From: Octopus sinensis
Taxonomy: Eukaryota
Direction: 5' to 3'
Length of the DNA stretch: 64,000 bases
NCBI RefSeq assembly: GCF_006345805.1
Contig: NC_043003.1
Span: 80,290,001-80,354,000 of the forward strand
The notes below the pieces were generated by a model. The model saw nothing but the letters and a program-made list of their open reading frames with translations. It did not search any database and was not told the origin of the DNA. The number at the start of each line of letters is the position of its first letter. Position 1 is the first letter of the stretch. Below are positions 12,541 through 27,670 of the stretch, in pieces. A program made the position numbers and the translations under genes.

Positions 12541-15500
12541 GATGACCAAACTAGAGACACAAAAGTTTCCGAAAGTGAAAGTATGAACGAAATTGTGGGA
12601 CATGCCAGTTCTAGTGATCAGAAAAAACATAAATCAGTGAGACATTCATGTCAAATATTTCCATGCAAGAATAGGTTTGCTGGCAGATAAATCAATCTCA
12701 ACAAATAACAAATGTATCTCTAATAAACATTATTCCAATACAAAGATCTGGAAATATAATGTCAGGAATGTAGATGGGGTATAAAAACTGAATAGATGTA
12801 GTACTAGCAAAAAATGTATTAACATATTTAAAACAGGAATATCAAAAACTTAAAAGACACACATATGCTGTGAGGATATAATGTTGCTAGTCAATATTAC
12901 TTTTGCATTTCTGCTAAGTTTGGAGACCAACCTAGGATATATTTCAGTTATACTTTTTTCCTGGATGTTCAGTTCATTTCAAACGATTTATGTGACTACC
13001 GTAGACACATTGTACTGTCGGCATCATAGAAAACTTTTATTCTACAAAGGAAAACGATTTAATTTAAAAGTAAATCATGTTAAATACGAACTGCTTGTTA
13101 AAAGATCGAATTAAATGTAGAAATCATTAATCAAGCACTACATCTGCTTGGAGTCAGATTCAATCAGGAATCAGCTGTAATGTTGTTAACTAAATTACAT
13201 AATGAATAATCTAAGCTTAAAGAAAATACGCCATTGTCTCAGGGACATAAAATCTTTGATACTGTAACTCACAGTTATACTATATACTGAGCATACTTCA
13301 CTGAATTGATAATACCATTACTAATTTGCTTGATAAATTGTCATTAAATAATTGGAAATAACTGTGAATTTAGTAATCTCTCGCATTAAATTTTTTTTAT
13401 CAATTTTGACTGTGACATTTTTTGTCTGTTCATTTTACTTGCATCCAAGCAATACCTGGAAAAGAAAAGCAATCACACAGGACTGTGGTTGAATTATTTT
13501 TCTAGCGAGGATATTTTCTATCTCTGTGATCACTTCTATGCTGTCAAGCTATGGTAGTTCTTGATCAAAGTATATGTAGAACGCTTAAGTGAAAAAGACA
13601 ATTTTCTATATCAAAATAGAAAACTGATTAGTTTAAAAAAAGTTGCGACAAAATATGCGCTAAAAACGAGACAGTAACACAGAGATTCAAATTCTAAGCT
13701 GTACTGTCTTTATTTCTGTAATCTGTATAATTCAGTGGCCCTTGAATGAAGGATCTCAGCTGGAGGAATTTAATTCTGTATATTTCACAAAATTGCTGCC
13801 ACAGAAGAAAACTTATGAGGCAAATATTGATTACATCAGGAAGGGATTGATACCTTATGTGGTTTAAATCATTATTTCGCTGTTATTTTAAAAGTAAATT
13901 TAATATAATTAATTACGATGGTGTACTTGCGTGGCAAGTCTTTTGAACCGAGTCCATGTGCTGAAACGAAAGGGATAGAAGCATGGAAAGCATATGTTAC
14001 CATTCAGAAACACACAGACACTATTATCTCCATTTACATTTATGTAATACGGTGTCAAAATTTTCGTCGCTCCAAACTGCAGCCTGATCAGTGACATTAA
14101 TGCACTAACGTTGTCAGTGAAATTCCAGAGATACACAAACACTGTTAACACTGCAGTGAACAAATTTTGTGTGTTGCTAAATGGCTTATATGTGTCTTCC
14201 ATACTGCAATATTCTTAATAAAATAAAGATTTTGAAAGGGGTAATCTAATTCTGAAAATCATCTCAAGACTATATCAATGTTCACACCTGGCTTTCAGTA
14301 TAAAGGGTAATCCACTCCTAGAAATATGCAATGTATTAGTGCACTTCTCGCCACGTCTCCAATGAACATATTCAGAACTACTTGCTGAATCTTTGCTTTC
14401 CCATTTTATTAAGGTGAAATATATTTCGCATCCGTATAATTCTTCTTTCTTCAGTGTATTGTTGGACGAGTAAAAAATGTTTCAGTTTGTCTTTAAAAAC
14501 CAACAGGAAAACATCGGTGAGCCTTCAGCTCAGCTTAGTAATTAAGTGCGAATTAAAATTAAAGATTCATATCTTAACATAGTTAATAGACTTGTGACTG
14601 CTTCCTGCTCCTAAAGAAACATATACCGTGTAACTTGCTCGTGTCTAAGTTTTCAAATATAATTCCATTCATATTTAAGATACATTATTACAATGATTAC
14701 AACAGAAGGAAAATATTCTTCGGGTAACGTAAGGGTTTAAAATAGGGCAGACAAATTACAATGCCTAAAATTTTAACAACCTTCGAAGCATTTAAAATTC
14801 ACATGTTTAAAACGTGGTGTATTCTAGATTTTTCTCGAAAAAGTCAACATGTCCAGGCCGCTATTACATCGGACTGCTTAACAAGTCATATTTCATGTAA
14901 TTGCTTTCAAATTAGCGTCGTTTCATTCATCTTCTGCTGCATTATTGGCATTTAACTGCTTCCTCTCCGATTTCCCGCGGGCACAATTTTTATACAATTT
15001 ACTTTCTTTCAATTTATAATAAATTATTCTATTCCTACTGTTTGAACACTTGAAAAGATTCATTTTATCATTTTTTATATTTTTTGTGTATTTATCAATA
15101 ACAATGAAATTTGGCAGTAAAATGTGTTGTCTGCAAAGTAACAGAGTAGGAAAAAAATGCAGGTGCAGGAGTGATAATATTTTCAATTGATGACAAAGGT
15201 TGAAAGTAATCATGCTGCAGCTGAAGTAGAAATGTATATTGTTTTTAGGTAGATTATATATAAAATTGTTCGCCGTCTTTAGATTATAACTTCGAATATG
15301 AAGAAAAACTTTATATACAAATTTGTATTTTATTTAAAATATGGAAGATGGTGCGAGTGGCTTGAAGTACTGGCATATAGTGGGGACTTAGCCAGTTTTC
15401 CAGAATTTCAAAGTGCTCAGCTGTTTTCATCTCATGACATTGTTTACAATCATAGTTGAGCTGACATTTAAGCATATAGAAATATGAGGCCATTGGGAGG

Positions 15501-18500
15501 GAAGAGCAACTTGAATGCGCCTAAATTTCCTTAGTAAGAATCATATACGCTATATTAAGTTATCAGCTCAGAAATAATGAGGGACATTTGTTGACGTGCA
15601 TTTAGTGATATCTATGTTGTCCACGAAAAATTTACCTATCATGCGCATCAGAGAAAATGAATTCAGAATTTATACACAAGGGAGCCTGGAAATTTAGCTC
15701 TCGTTTTCAAATGTGATCGGTTTCCCAAACATAAATAAATTTAAATTAATACTAAAGAGTTAATGCCATGGAAATACTCCAATTGCCATTTAGCAAAGCC
15801 AAATGGTTCGGATAACACGGTGATATTTCCTACCTGCTAATACCTAAATATCTCAACACATCTGATTTTCTCGCTAGCAAGTGTATTCCTAGTTTTGACT
15901 CGCATTTTGCGGGCATAGGAATCAACCATTTCGGTATATAGAGTTAATTCGTTTTATTGTATTGAAGACGTTTCTCATGGATCAAGCCTCATATGCTGCA
16001 TACATGTTTTCTCCTTCTGCATGAACCTTATTCTCAGTATCTCAAGCATAATATACATAAAGAATAAGGATGACAATAATTTCTAACAATTGCGCAAATT
16101 CACAATCGTTTCGTTGCAAGCATAACTCCAATGATGTGCCGTATCGGCGTAATCGAACCAGCACTTAACTGGATTTGAACTCAGAACACAGCAGATCTAA
16201 CTAATGAACACTCATTTAAATACACTGTCGATTCTGCTATTCCATTGCTCCATTTTTAATTATATCAATATTAATGATGCCTAGCATTATCACAAGTCAA
16301 AAATCGATGCTTTACCTGGAACTTAGTGCATCAATATCAAAAATATGGCAGACAAGAGTCAAAGCTTGTAGGTGTTGAATTCTGGACTTAAGCTGACAAA
16401 GCAAAATAATCTCTGGGGAGGGGACCATTACTGTTGCTGTCACGGTTTTTTGTAGATTCAAATTAGGTTGAAATTTTCAAATTTGGCTAATTGATGTAAT
16501 TGTTCAGTTTGAACCTGATGTTGTCATCCACTTGTTCTAAAAAAAAAGAAAAAAAGGAAAATGTTACAAAACTTTAAAATTTGATAATTTTTAAGCAATC
16601 AGAAAAGACGATTTGGAGGCTGGCATTCTGTGCGTGATGATAGTCTAGGCCAACATTACGATAACAAAGTTGTAAGAAGCTTTAAAGTTTTAATAGGCAT
16701 GTACGCAATATAGAAAGGAAACACTTTCGGTCATATGCATGCATTCATTAGAACACAAAATGTTTATGTACACTGTCAGTCTATATATTTTCACACAAAT
16801 AGCGTTTAGATGTAAGAATTCGCCATAAGATGTTGTTGCATTGCGGGTAATCATCTTGTGTTTCATATTATTTAAGTTTATATCTTTTACACCTACAGGA
16901 AGTATTTCCTAGCTATAGGATTCCGTTGAATTGGTAAAATATCGTTTATAGATAAGATATTTAGACGTTTAAGGCTTGTCAGCGGAACAAAGTATGTAAG
17001 TGGATTACAAGTGTGAGTTCTAGTGACACTCAATTGATTACAAAGAAATACTGGGAGGCTTATAGTTCAGAGCAGCACAGGTTTTACCTACTCTCCGGTA
17101 AAACGATTAGGATTATTAAAGTGGTTAAATCGTTCATATGAAAAATATCTGCAAAAATAACATTATATATCATTGAAAAGTTTTATGACGATAATATATC
17201 ATCATGCATTTAAGAAAAAAATATAAGTAATCTAAACTACGTTTACGAGTAAAAAGAGCAACGACGTTAAATATTTATTATGGAAAGTGACAAAACACTC
17301 CAATAAAGCAAAGAACATCGAAATTCAATGACTAAACTTGTTGACAGAATATGGTCTCTCCTGGTACATATAAATCTACAATAAAATGTCAGATAAAAAT
17401 TGACAGCAGTTTAGAAATGATGAACGATTCATAAATTCACAGACCCATGTTTTCTACAAACTGGTCGAGAGAAAGTTATTTGCTGTGTTAATTCTCCAAT
17501 AAATTTTTAATGTAAATATACAGTGAAGCATACTGTTTTATGTACCGGACATATTCACAAAGTTATTATACTGTAAAAATTTACTTTAGTATTTGACATG
17601 TTTTCCTTGTTCTTCCAAATCTTATTTAGATTGATAGTTTTATTAGAGTAGATAGGAAAAATTAATAAAATCAAATTTAATGGTATGTTTAGTAGCCGTA
17701 ATATATAGATTATGATGCATGGACTAATGCCAGAATTTACTACTATACGAAACTGAAAGTTATTCGCATGTCTAGAATAAATGTTTCCGATCAAAGTTAT
17801 AATTGAACGTACACCATACTTCCCAGCTCCCAAGGTAGCTTGTTGTTTGAAAACAATCCCGAAAATCATCTTGTGTCTTTTTAGAAATCTATATCAAGAA
17901 TACTTTGATTGTGGGGTGGATGAATTACTATATTTATTAGGTTTGTTATACTCTAGTGGTAACTACTAAGAACTCTACAAAACCAATAAATGAACTCATT
18001 TTGCTTTGTATAGTTAATGTAAAACGACAATAATAAACACCACATACATCGTTTGAAGTGTAGTAGGTGCAGCACCAAGCTAGACGTTAGCCATTATTTG
18101 TTAATAGAGTTAATAAGATTGCAATACGAAGAAGATACTATACAAAGTCAAATAAGTGGAAAATACAAACACAGTACCAAGTTATTGAGTATGCAAAACA
18201 GCACTGCAACCAGAAGCTGAGCTCATTATGAGCCATCACGGAAAAATTATTGTGAATAGACAAAATATGAGGGGCATCGATGAAAAGGAGAATATGGAAA
18301 TACCGCATTTATCATTGAGGAAAATTAAATTCCCCAAACTGTTGGATTATTTATGCACAATGAGGGAAGTATGAGGCATATATTCTCAAGAAAGTTTAGA
18401 ATGTACCAAGAGACATCGGCTCGGAAACAAAATTTTCTTAGGGGTTGTAGACCAAACTCCCTAATTGTTATGTTTTCTTTATTTCTGTTCTTTGTTCTTT

Positions 18501-18742
18501 GAGAAGAAGCCTAACTTCATGCTGCTTTTTACAGATCACATTTTACACTCTCTTTTCTAAACCTGAGAAAGTAAGAAAGGATGCAAATTTTGATTTTGCA
18601 TCCCACAAAAATTTCAGGAGAGGCGATTGTAACCCTACATATCCTGTTCCTGAGTCCGTGCGGAGAGAGGAGACTGGCATAAAAGGGAAAATTTATAAGT
18701 ACAGAAGTATTGAGTTTCATGGATTTTCGAATTGGGACTACC

Positions 18743-18972
18743 TGTTTCTTTATTACCCACAAGGGGCTAAACACAGAGGGGACAAACAAGGACAGACATA
18801 GGTATTAAGTCGATTACATCGACCCCAGTGCGTAACTGGTACTTAATTTATCGACCCCGAAAAGTTGAAAGGCAAAGTCGACCTCGGCGGAATTTGAACT
18901 CACAACGTAACGCAGACGAAATACCGCTAAGCATTTCGCCCGGTGTGCTAACGTTTCTGCCAGCTTGCCGCC
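18743..18972 (-). mobile_element. Full-length tRNA-derived SINE (tail ...ccccttgtgggtaataaagaaa)
   Basis: Minus strand: ggcggcaagctggcagaaacg (A box), gagttcaaattcc (B box), body gcctttcaactttcggggtcgataaattaagtaccag, 3' tail. Other copies at 35245-35603 and 51070-51310. Confidence 0.9.
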
Positions 18973-19964
18973 TTTTGGGACTACCGTTGCCTGAAGCAGA
19001 TACGGATTGCACACAGTATTTCCGAAGAATAAGGAGACAAAATATTGTGTTATAACTATGTATAAGATTTTCTTGTTTTGTAGACCACACATCAGCTACT
19101 GTTTCACCAAACATTAAACGAGAAACAATGCAAATGAAAATTATCACATCTTGTTGTTTTCCCTTGATGTTGTGTATTTTTCAACACAAGGATTGTGTGG
19201 GTGAAGGAAGTTTGAAATTGGGTGGCGATTTATGGTACCTGTGTCCAAGTGTCTACTCGTGAATATAAATTTTCTTGAGTGAGATCTGTTCGACAAGGTA
19301 AAAGCAACAATTGAAAAATAAAGCAAAGCTCATAGTTTTATATATGGAAGTGAGAGAATTACACGTATATTCCACTCTTTCAGTATCTCTCTCACATATT
19401 TTTTACAAGAATATAATAAGGTCCAAAGTAGACTACTGATCTCTTCAGTATGTTACAGCAGGGAACATAGGCAGCGGCGACTTGGAAATACATCTAAAAC
19501 ACCTGCACAATTAACGGAATGTAGACGAACAATATGGAAGTCGTAGCGGGCATATCTAGTGGCGTTGTGCTAAATGATATTGCACAACTCGTCTGTATTG
19601 AATTATATGCATTGCTATCTAAATGTAGTGCTTATCACTTGAATTTCTCCAGCCCTTGTAACCGAAAGTAGGGCTTTATAAAAGCAATTTTTATGATCGT
19701 CTGCAACTTATATATCTTCTTTCTTGAGAAGTTTTTATGTAACATTCCTAAAATTTTAAATGACTGAAGTGCAATTGTTTATATGTTGCAGACCGTCATA
19801 AAGTATTTTCTACATGTATTCGTTAGGTGATTGAAATTTCTGTTTGGTTTTATCCAGGTTACTGTGGCTTCAGTGTTCGATTAGAAAAGCATTTTGTATT
19901 CATTTTCATAACGCTTTGTAATATCTGTATATGAATTCTTTGTGAGTGTGTGTATGTGTGAAAA

Positions 19965-20155
19965 AGAGTGAGAGAGAGAGAGAGTGAGAGAAAGACAAAA
20001 AGAGAGAGAGAGAAAAAGATGGAGAGGGCGAGAAAGAGGGAGAGAAGGTGGAAGAGAGAGAAAGAGGGCGAGAGAGAGAATAGGGGAGAGCGAGATAAAG
20101 AAAGACAGAGGAAGTGAAATCGAGAAAAAGAGAGAGAGAGGGAGAAATAAAGAGA
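19965..20155. repeat. (GA)-rich low-complexity tract
   Basis: Direct reading. Confidence 0.9.
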
Positions 20156-23100
20156 AAGAACCTTATATTTCTTTTGAAGGTCATAGTTACATTCTCCTAT
20201 AAAATATACAAACGACTGAATAGATATAATTTCTATACATCAGAAAGAATAACAAAAGCGATTCTAATAAATTAACAAAAAAGGTGTCAAAACGTTTTAC
20301 ATTATGCTTTATTTCGTAGAAACAATCTTATATTTTAAATGTTTTACATGTAATTTTGTATTGTGTTTTCCTATAATTTATAACACTCTTTTGTTCTTAG
20401 AATATATTTCCTAACTTTTACAGAAGTTTGATTTATAGATATTCATTTCTGCTAACAAAGAACAAAACCAATTTTTGCGAGAGAACGAAGTCAGTTTAAT
20501 CGATTCAGCAGTATATATATTATTGCTGCTTATTTTATCGATCCAGGTGGATAAAACAGCATCGTCAACAGACTTCTACGGGATTTACATTTAGAACAGG
20601 GATAAGAAAATCTAAATATTAAATGTCATTTTCTGTTATACGATATTGTTTTTAGAATCCCATCGACGCTTTGGCATATCAAATACCATTATAAGGAGAG
20701 CTATAAAAAGTGATCAGTTCTTGTCTATATGGATCCATTACGCTATTTCCAATCTTATTACGTATCTCACCTACAGCTTCTAAAGGTGTCGGATTCGTAG
20801 GATATTTTTGATATCAGATAAGACAAATAGAAGTATATATGCTATCCTCTAAGGGGAACTTTGTCTTTCATCCTTACGGGATCAATACGATAAAGTACTA
20901 GTCAATTACACAAGTCAATTTTACCTGTTGATATTTGTATCGGCCGGGCTTCTTGAAACCAGAGACTACCGTTTAGAATTCAAAATCAATCTTTTCAGTC
21001 ATACTTCTACTGTAAGTGTGAGTGAGAGTGTAAAACTTTATCTACCCTTATAGGTGTATTATCCTCTAAACAGTATACCAGTTAGGAATAGCAGCCCCGG
21101 TATTTATAAACTTTGAAAGATATAATGACGACGCAACAAAATGTTTTGCATAAATTTGCATATATCCATAATATACTGTATAAACAAACATGTAGCATTG
21201 CAAAAAATATACCAAAATACGTTTTGTTATAGGTATAAATTCCTTCCCTGCCCTGAACCATCCAACGCTGAGTATAAGCCACTTATAATTGAATTCCACG
21301 TCGCATAACTTTTCGCTTCTGTACTTATACTCTGTCATGATGGTCCCCCCTTCTCTAGTTCCTTTTGTGTTGATGTACGCCACGAGTTCTTAGGCCTACC
21401 TTTCTTTCTATATCCATCCGGATTCCACTGTAAAACACTTTTCGCTACATTTGGTGTGTCTTTTCTAATTACGCTACCAATCCACTTTCACTTTTTTCTT
21501 AAATATTTCCTCCATAATCAAAACTTGATTTGTTCTTTGCCATAACAATAGCCAGTATATGTGCAAAATACTGTTTAAATGATGGAAGGTGAAAAAAATT
21601 CAGTATATGAATATGACAAAAATGTAAACATTTTTTCCAGGCAATTGATGCACAGAATAAGTGGGATGGATTCTCCTGATAGACCGTTTCATACTTTATC
21701 TCCCCTCGGAAATTTTATCCAGCTTTCTTTCCTGATTGGTTGCTTAGTCGCTTGTTATAAATTAGGAACTTGTCGGATAGTGTAGTTTGCAGCTCGTCAT
21801 TTACTGGACATGTATTTTATGCACTACAATTCTTATATCAGAACTGGACTTAATATTATAGAAAGTCTCTCTGTCTGGCCTTATACCAAACTTTGAAACT
21901 AATATTATAGAAAGTCTCATTTTTATTGCTAACTTAATTTATGACTCATATATAACTACAAATATACGCTGCAGATCGGGAAAGGAAGCCAGGCGTAGGT
22001 TTACTGAGGAGCGGTAATTACATCGTTAAACGTTCCATCAGAAGATACCTCCTTCCTTTTTATGAGCATATCAGTCGTATATAGAGAATGTTATTTAGAG
22101 TTATTTAACTTAATCTGTACATATTTCTCCAATTTTAGAATATATAATTAACGTGCTCACAAAAACACACACGTACATATGTAATTCACAAGCATAAATC
22201 TACCGTGTCTCCCTCTCCCTCACACGCATATCCATTTTGTGATTGCTTACGTGAATGGAAAATATAAGAACGGCATGAAATAATCATCTTAATATAATGT
22301 TTAGGTAGGTTCAAGGATTGGCATGAAAACATTAGATATTTTAAAAATATATCATGGATGGAAAATACTTACTGACATAAACTGCATTTAAAGCAATAAA
22401 CAAGCTGCTGTCAACATATGATGCAGCGAGTGTCGGAAATGTTTTTCTGGGATTGTCTTCTGTACTTGTTAAACGATTCAAAATGATGTCTTTTATTCAC
22501 TCGTGGCCGCCCAAACGGTTCCAGCCACCGCTAGTGTGAATCATTATGTCATAAGGACTTATTTTAGAAAAATTAATAAAATACGTATTTTTAATATTTT
22601 CTTTACATATCATGATGTTTTTAAATTCTCTATTCGTTGTTAGTCATGTACAGCACTACTCCATTCTTTTAAGAAATCATATGCATGACATACCAGAAAA
22701 ATATTATTAAATATTTTATGAAGTGAGACATTTCTTTAAGGATGGGAAAATATTTACAGTCTGGAGGTAATTCACGGACGGTGTGTTTCATGTTCCTCGA
22801 ACGTTAATTACGAATCAAAAGAATTGAGAGAAAGAACTTAATGTTTGCAACATATAGAATAATAACAGTTTCCAGGAAATTCTAAGATGCGAAAATGTCA
22901 CACAGTAGCCAATAATTCGACTAGAGTTTGGACTAAAAGCAACTTCACAAACCTTTTCCCAATGATATTCTTTGAGGTGTAGACACTTATTTTATTCGAT
23001 TATATTTTAATGGTATTACATCATGTGTAGAAGGGAAGATATATCTGCTTATAAACATCCGCATCTTGATCATAGTCAAGATTTTCAAAATGACTTTCAC

Positions 23101-23489
23101 GAATTCAGTGTTAGAATTAAATAATGCCTCAATTGTGTACAATAGAATATTCATCAGACGGGCATTTTAGGCAACATCAGTGAATGTTTTATTTACATTT
23201 CCAATTTCTGTATCAGAGGCAATATATCCGTCCGATCATGTGACTGGGCTGCAAGTGCGCGCCAATTAGAATGTCCCGAAGTTTTTGTCTGTCTAATGTC
23301 TATTAGGTTTTGTACAGATGAAATTCATAACTGACGTTATCTCAGGAGAAGCTGTAGTAACTTGCCTGTCGAGTGTGTATATACAGTATGATTCATAGCT
23401 GGCCATGTTAATTAAATACTGACTCAGTTGCGTATGCTATGTATGTAGGAAGCTATAAAAGATTTTGTATTATTTATTCATAGTTGCAC

Positions 23490-24640
23490 ATGTTTACATG
23501 TTAGATGAATATGTACATGGATAAGCAAGAACGCACAGCACTCAACATCTGCCGCTCGTGCATTTTCTTCTCCAGGTACGTTGATGATATGCTTATCATC
23601 ACGTCCTCCAGGGATGAGGCCATTAATATACACCAGACCTTCAATAACACTGACATAAACATCAAATTCGAGATTGAACATCCAGACAAATCCAGAATCT
23701 CAACTTCCAACTGAAGATCACAGAGGAAGATTCCATATTTGCCAAATTCTACAGAAAAGCCGCTAATAGAAAACTTTTCGTTCACTACCAATCAGTCTTA
23801 CCCACCAGAGCCAAAGCCGCATATGTGAGAAACGAGATTGTACGTATAAACAACTATTGCAGTAACGTGACCGAAAAAGCCGTCAACAGCAAACAATTGC
23901 TCAGAAACCTAACACTGAATGGCTACACACCATCTTTAGCTAAACAAAAGCGCCTGAAGGACATCAAGGTCAATAAACTCTGGAAGAATAATCATACTCC
24001 CAAGTTCGGCAAGTGCTTCTTAAAACCACTAAACTTTGACGATAGAACTACTGCAGCGATACAACACGCAGTTCGCAGGGAAGGACTCGCCATACAGATA
24101 GTGTACGCTGGCCCTTTCCTGAAGAAAGCTCTTTCCAAGAACAACACCTCTCACTACTCCGAGGAGTGCACATTGTCGAACTGCCCCATGAATGACCCTG
24201 AATTGTGTCAGAGGACCTATGTTGTATATGAGATCATCTGTGGCGCTTCCTACAGAGGAATTATGCAGGAAAATTGCATATACGGATTAAGGAAGACATG
24301 CAAGCAGGGACTGCCGTGAAGAAAGATCTACGGAAATGCCAGATTCGGGAATACACAGTGCACATCAAGGCAACATAACGTAACAGGGACAACTTTAGAA
24401 TCTCTGAGGCCATCCTCATACACCAAAAGAAACTGAAGAGAGTTATAGGAAGCTAGCCGATTACTATAGCAACACCTTTCTGCACATGTCCACTCCACAC
24501 ATGCTCACACGCACGGACATCGGCAACATTAATTTATTTCTTGAAAATGGGGTCATAACCCCGAAATATTGAATACAAAGTAAGTCTACATTAATTCACA
24601 TATTTGTTTTCTTGTGATTTACCTTGCATTTACTTTGCAT
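23490..24640 (+). mobile_element. 5'-truncated Penelope-like element (RT C-terminal half, linker, degraded GIY-YIG, tail)
   Basis: FFSRYVDDMLII (RT YxDD), IKFEIEHP, FYRK..N..F.HY.S (thumb), VRNEIVRINNYCS...NGY, VVYEIIC (GIY-like). Frameshifted. A degenerate hammerhead-like hairpin (ttgaaaat-ggggt-cata-acccc-gaaa) lies at ~24541-24566. Confidence 0.85.
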
Positions 24641-25842
24641 TATTTTGGCCTTACCCACGATTCTTTATACAATATATATTATTAACTCTATTAGTCCATT
24701 CATTAACATATGAAATTTAAAATAAAAATAAACCCCATAAGGTCTTAAAATAGAAGTATTGTCCAGTTGGACAAGAAAATGGTAGATTGAAGAAGACAAG
24801 TAATAGAGGTAAAATAATAAAAAGAAATTAGACATGTAAACACATAAAACACATTTAAATTTACACAATTCTTATCCCTTAGAAGTCACGTGTCAGTAAG
24901 TTGTCTTAAAAACTCAGTCTAGTTTTCCCTATAAATCTGTACCTGGTAGTCGATACCCATAGACGGTATGTACGTATGCATACATATGTACGTATGAATG
25001 TATGTATGCATATCTATCCATTTATCTGTATGTTTGTACGTCTGCTTATCTATCTATCTATACTACTTGGTGCTACTACAATTAGCATAGAAGAGAATGA
25101 TAGTCCTGAAGAAGATATCGATTAAAGCTTTTACAATGCTAGAGACTGAAACTGAGCAATGACAAATTCCTCTTAAATACTTGCCTCAATTGGACAGCCA
25201 TCAGCCGTGGCAATGCTCATCATATTTAAGCTGGCTGAAAATAATTTTCACAACACAAATCAATCAAAATAGCCATTATGTTTACGCTATCAATAGTTGC
25301 CAAATTCATTAAAATGCAACAATTACAGCACAGTCTGAGAATAATCATATCTATTTCATGATACAAGACAATATTTTAACACATCTCATATTAATTGCAA
25401 AATTAAGTCTGTTTAATAGAAAATGAATTAATCAGTAGACTATATGCATACAAAAATCGGTGTAAAAGCATTCATATATCAACGTATCTTTCATTACATA
25501 GCATTCACATGTGAATATATATGTCCGGATATTTGTACATATATATATACATAGAGAGAGAGACGTATGTTTTCTTATTCGTTGGAATAGTGATGAGTGA
25601 CTTGTAGTTTATTTATATGTTTTGATGTTGATTTACAACAAACAAAAATTATGAAAAATATCTCAAAGTAAAAAACTTAATTGGAAAATAAAATGATTTA
25701 CATCAGAAAAGAACTGAAACAACACACTCACATGTCAGATTATTTGCTTTTCTATAAAGCGTTAAATCGATTTGGTGATGTAGTACATGATAATGTAACA
25801 GAAAAAATGTCATTTAGAGAAAAATAATTTTATAGCTATATA

Positions 25843-25873
<31 letters not shown>

Positions 25874-26289
25874 CATATATACAGACACTTATATATTCTC
25901 ATACACTCGCAAACACATATATACCAGTAGTTCTATGTAACATTACGGAATAAAATGTACCAGTGATAATCCGTTGTATTTAAACGTCCAATTGCAAATG
26001 GAAGATGGAAAGTAGTGTTCCAAACAGCTACAAATGTGATATATTACTGGGGGAAATGGGATATAAACTTGTGTTTATCATAATTTGATCTGTCTTTTAT
26101 GATTTATCTATAAAGGCTACGGTCATGCTGGGCTACTGCTTTGCAATTTTTAAAATTGTCTGGTCACATTATGCCTAAACATTAAGTTACGGGGACCGAA
26201 ACAACTCAATACCGGTTGACAAGCAGTGGCGTGCGACAAACGCAAAAACATACCATGCATGCATACATAAATATAAATATTTAAATATG

Positions 26290-26330
<41 letters not shown>

Positions 26331-26344
26331 TGTGTGTGCGTGTT

Positions 26345-26377
<33 letters not shown>

Positions 26378-26798
26378 TCGCAATTAAGCTGGGGCACCGC
26401 CCTGAAGAATTTTAGTAGAATAAAACGAATCCAGTAATTGTTATTCTTTAAATCCAGGTACTTATTTTATAAAGCTCTTATGCCGAACAGCTAAGGTACT
26501 GTGATGCAAACACAGCAATACCACTTGTCAAGAGTTGGAAGAAAGTCCCAAGCACAAAGACGCACACACATCGACATATTCATACACACACACACGTATA
26601 TATATATATATATGATAAAAGAACATGCACAGTATATAGATATAAATTAAATTATTGATATAGAGTTAAGTAAAAATGTCTACTATTGTCTAAGTTTTAC
26701 TCAATGCTAATTACAAATTTATAAATGAAATAAAATATAATTTCTATTTAGAATATTTTATTTTATTCATTAATTTGTAATAAGTATTAAGTAAAAGT

Positions 26799-27171
26799 GG
26801 AGGCGCAATGGCCCAATGGTTAGGACAGCGGACTCGCGGTCGTAGGATCGCGGTTTCGATTCCCAGACCGGGCGTTGTGAGTGTTTATTGAGCGAAAACA
26901 CCTAAATCTCCACGAGGCTCCGGCAGGGGATGGTGGTGATCCCTGCTGTACTCTTTCACCACAACTTACTCTTACTTCCTGTTTCTGTTGTACCTGTATT
27001 TCAAAGGACCGGCCTTGTCACTCTCTGTGTCACGCTGAATATCCCCGAGAACTACGGTAAGGGTACACGTGTCTGTGGAGTGCTCAGCCACTTACACGTT
27101 AATTTCACGAGCAGGCTGTTCCGTTGATCAGATCAACCGGAACCCTCGTCGTCGTATCCGACGGAGTGCTT
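26799..27171 (+). mobile_element. tRNA(Arg-like)-derived SINE
   Basis: Head ggaggcgcaatggcccaatggttag...ggtttcgattcccag, long non-tRNA body, 3' tail gcaggctgttccgttgatcagatcaaccggaaccctcgtcgtcg (tail also at ~49725-49790). Confidence 0.9.
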
Positions 27172-27445
27172 CCTCATTAAGTAAAATTGAAACAAAGGTT
27201 GTGAAGCCGGTAGGCCAAGAGACACACACGCACACACACACATACAATTTTATTTAACAATAAGTTTAAGCATTAATTCATATCTATGTACTTTCCATTT
27301 TCTTCTTGCTTATCATATTCTACAATTTTAATATATCCATTTATATCGATGTAATATTTCTCGTAGATATGTTGTACTAAACCAGTACAACTGGAATGAT
27401 TTCATCCCTACAATAGGGGTACATATCCTCGCAGTGGAACACACA

Positions 27446-27519
<74 letters not shown>

Positions 27520-27670
27520 GCCAAAGTTGCCACGTAGTAACACTGGGCCCAAAACATGTGTTTGGGAAACAAGATTCTTACCACACACCCACACCTGCGC
27601 CTATATTTGTCTATATATACACATAAATATATATATAATGCATGTATGTATATGTTTATATATAAATACA

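Noticed and set aside
25101-25140. ctgaagaag...aaagctt hammerhead look-alike (also 36786-36812, 29806, 37486, 10710)
   Set aside because: GAAA box or stems I/II are missing or non-complementary.
26799-26875. tRNA-Arg-like sequence (also 6365-6441)
   Set aside because: Acceptor stem is not closed and it continues into a repeated SINE body, so it is a SINE head and not a tRNA gene.
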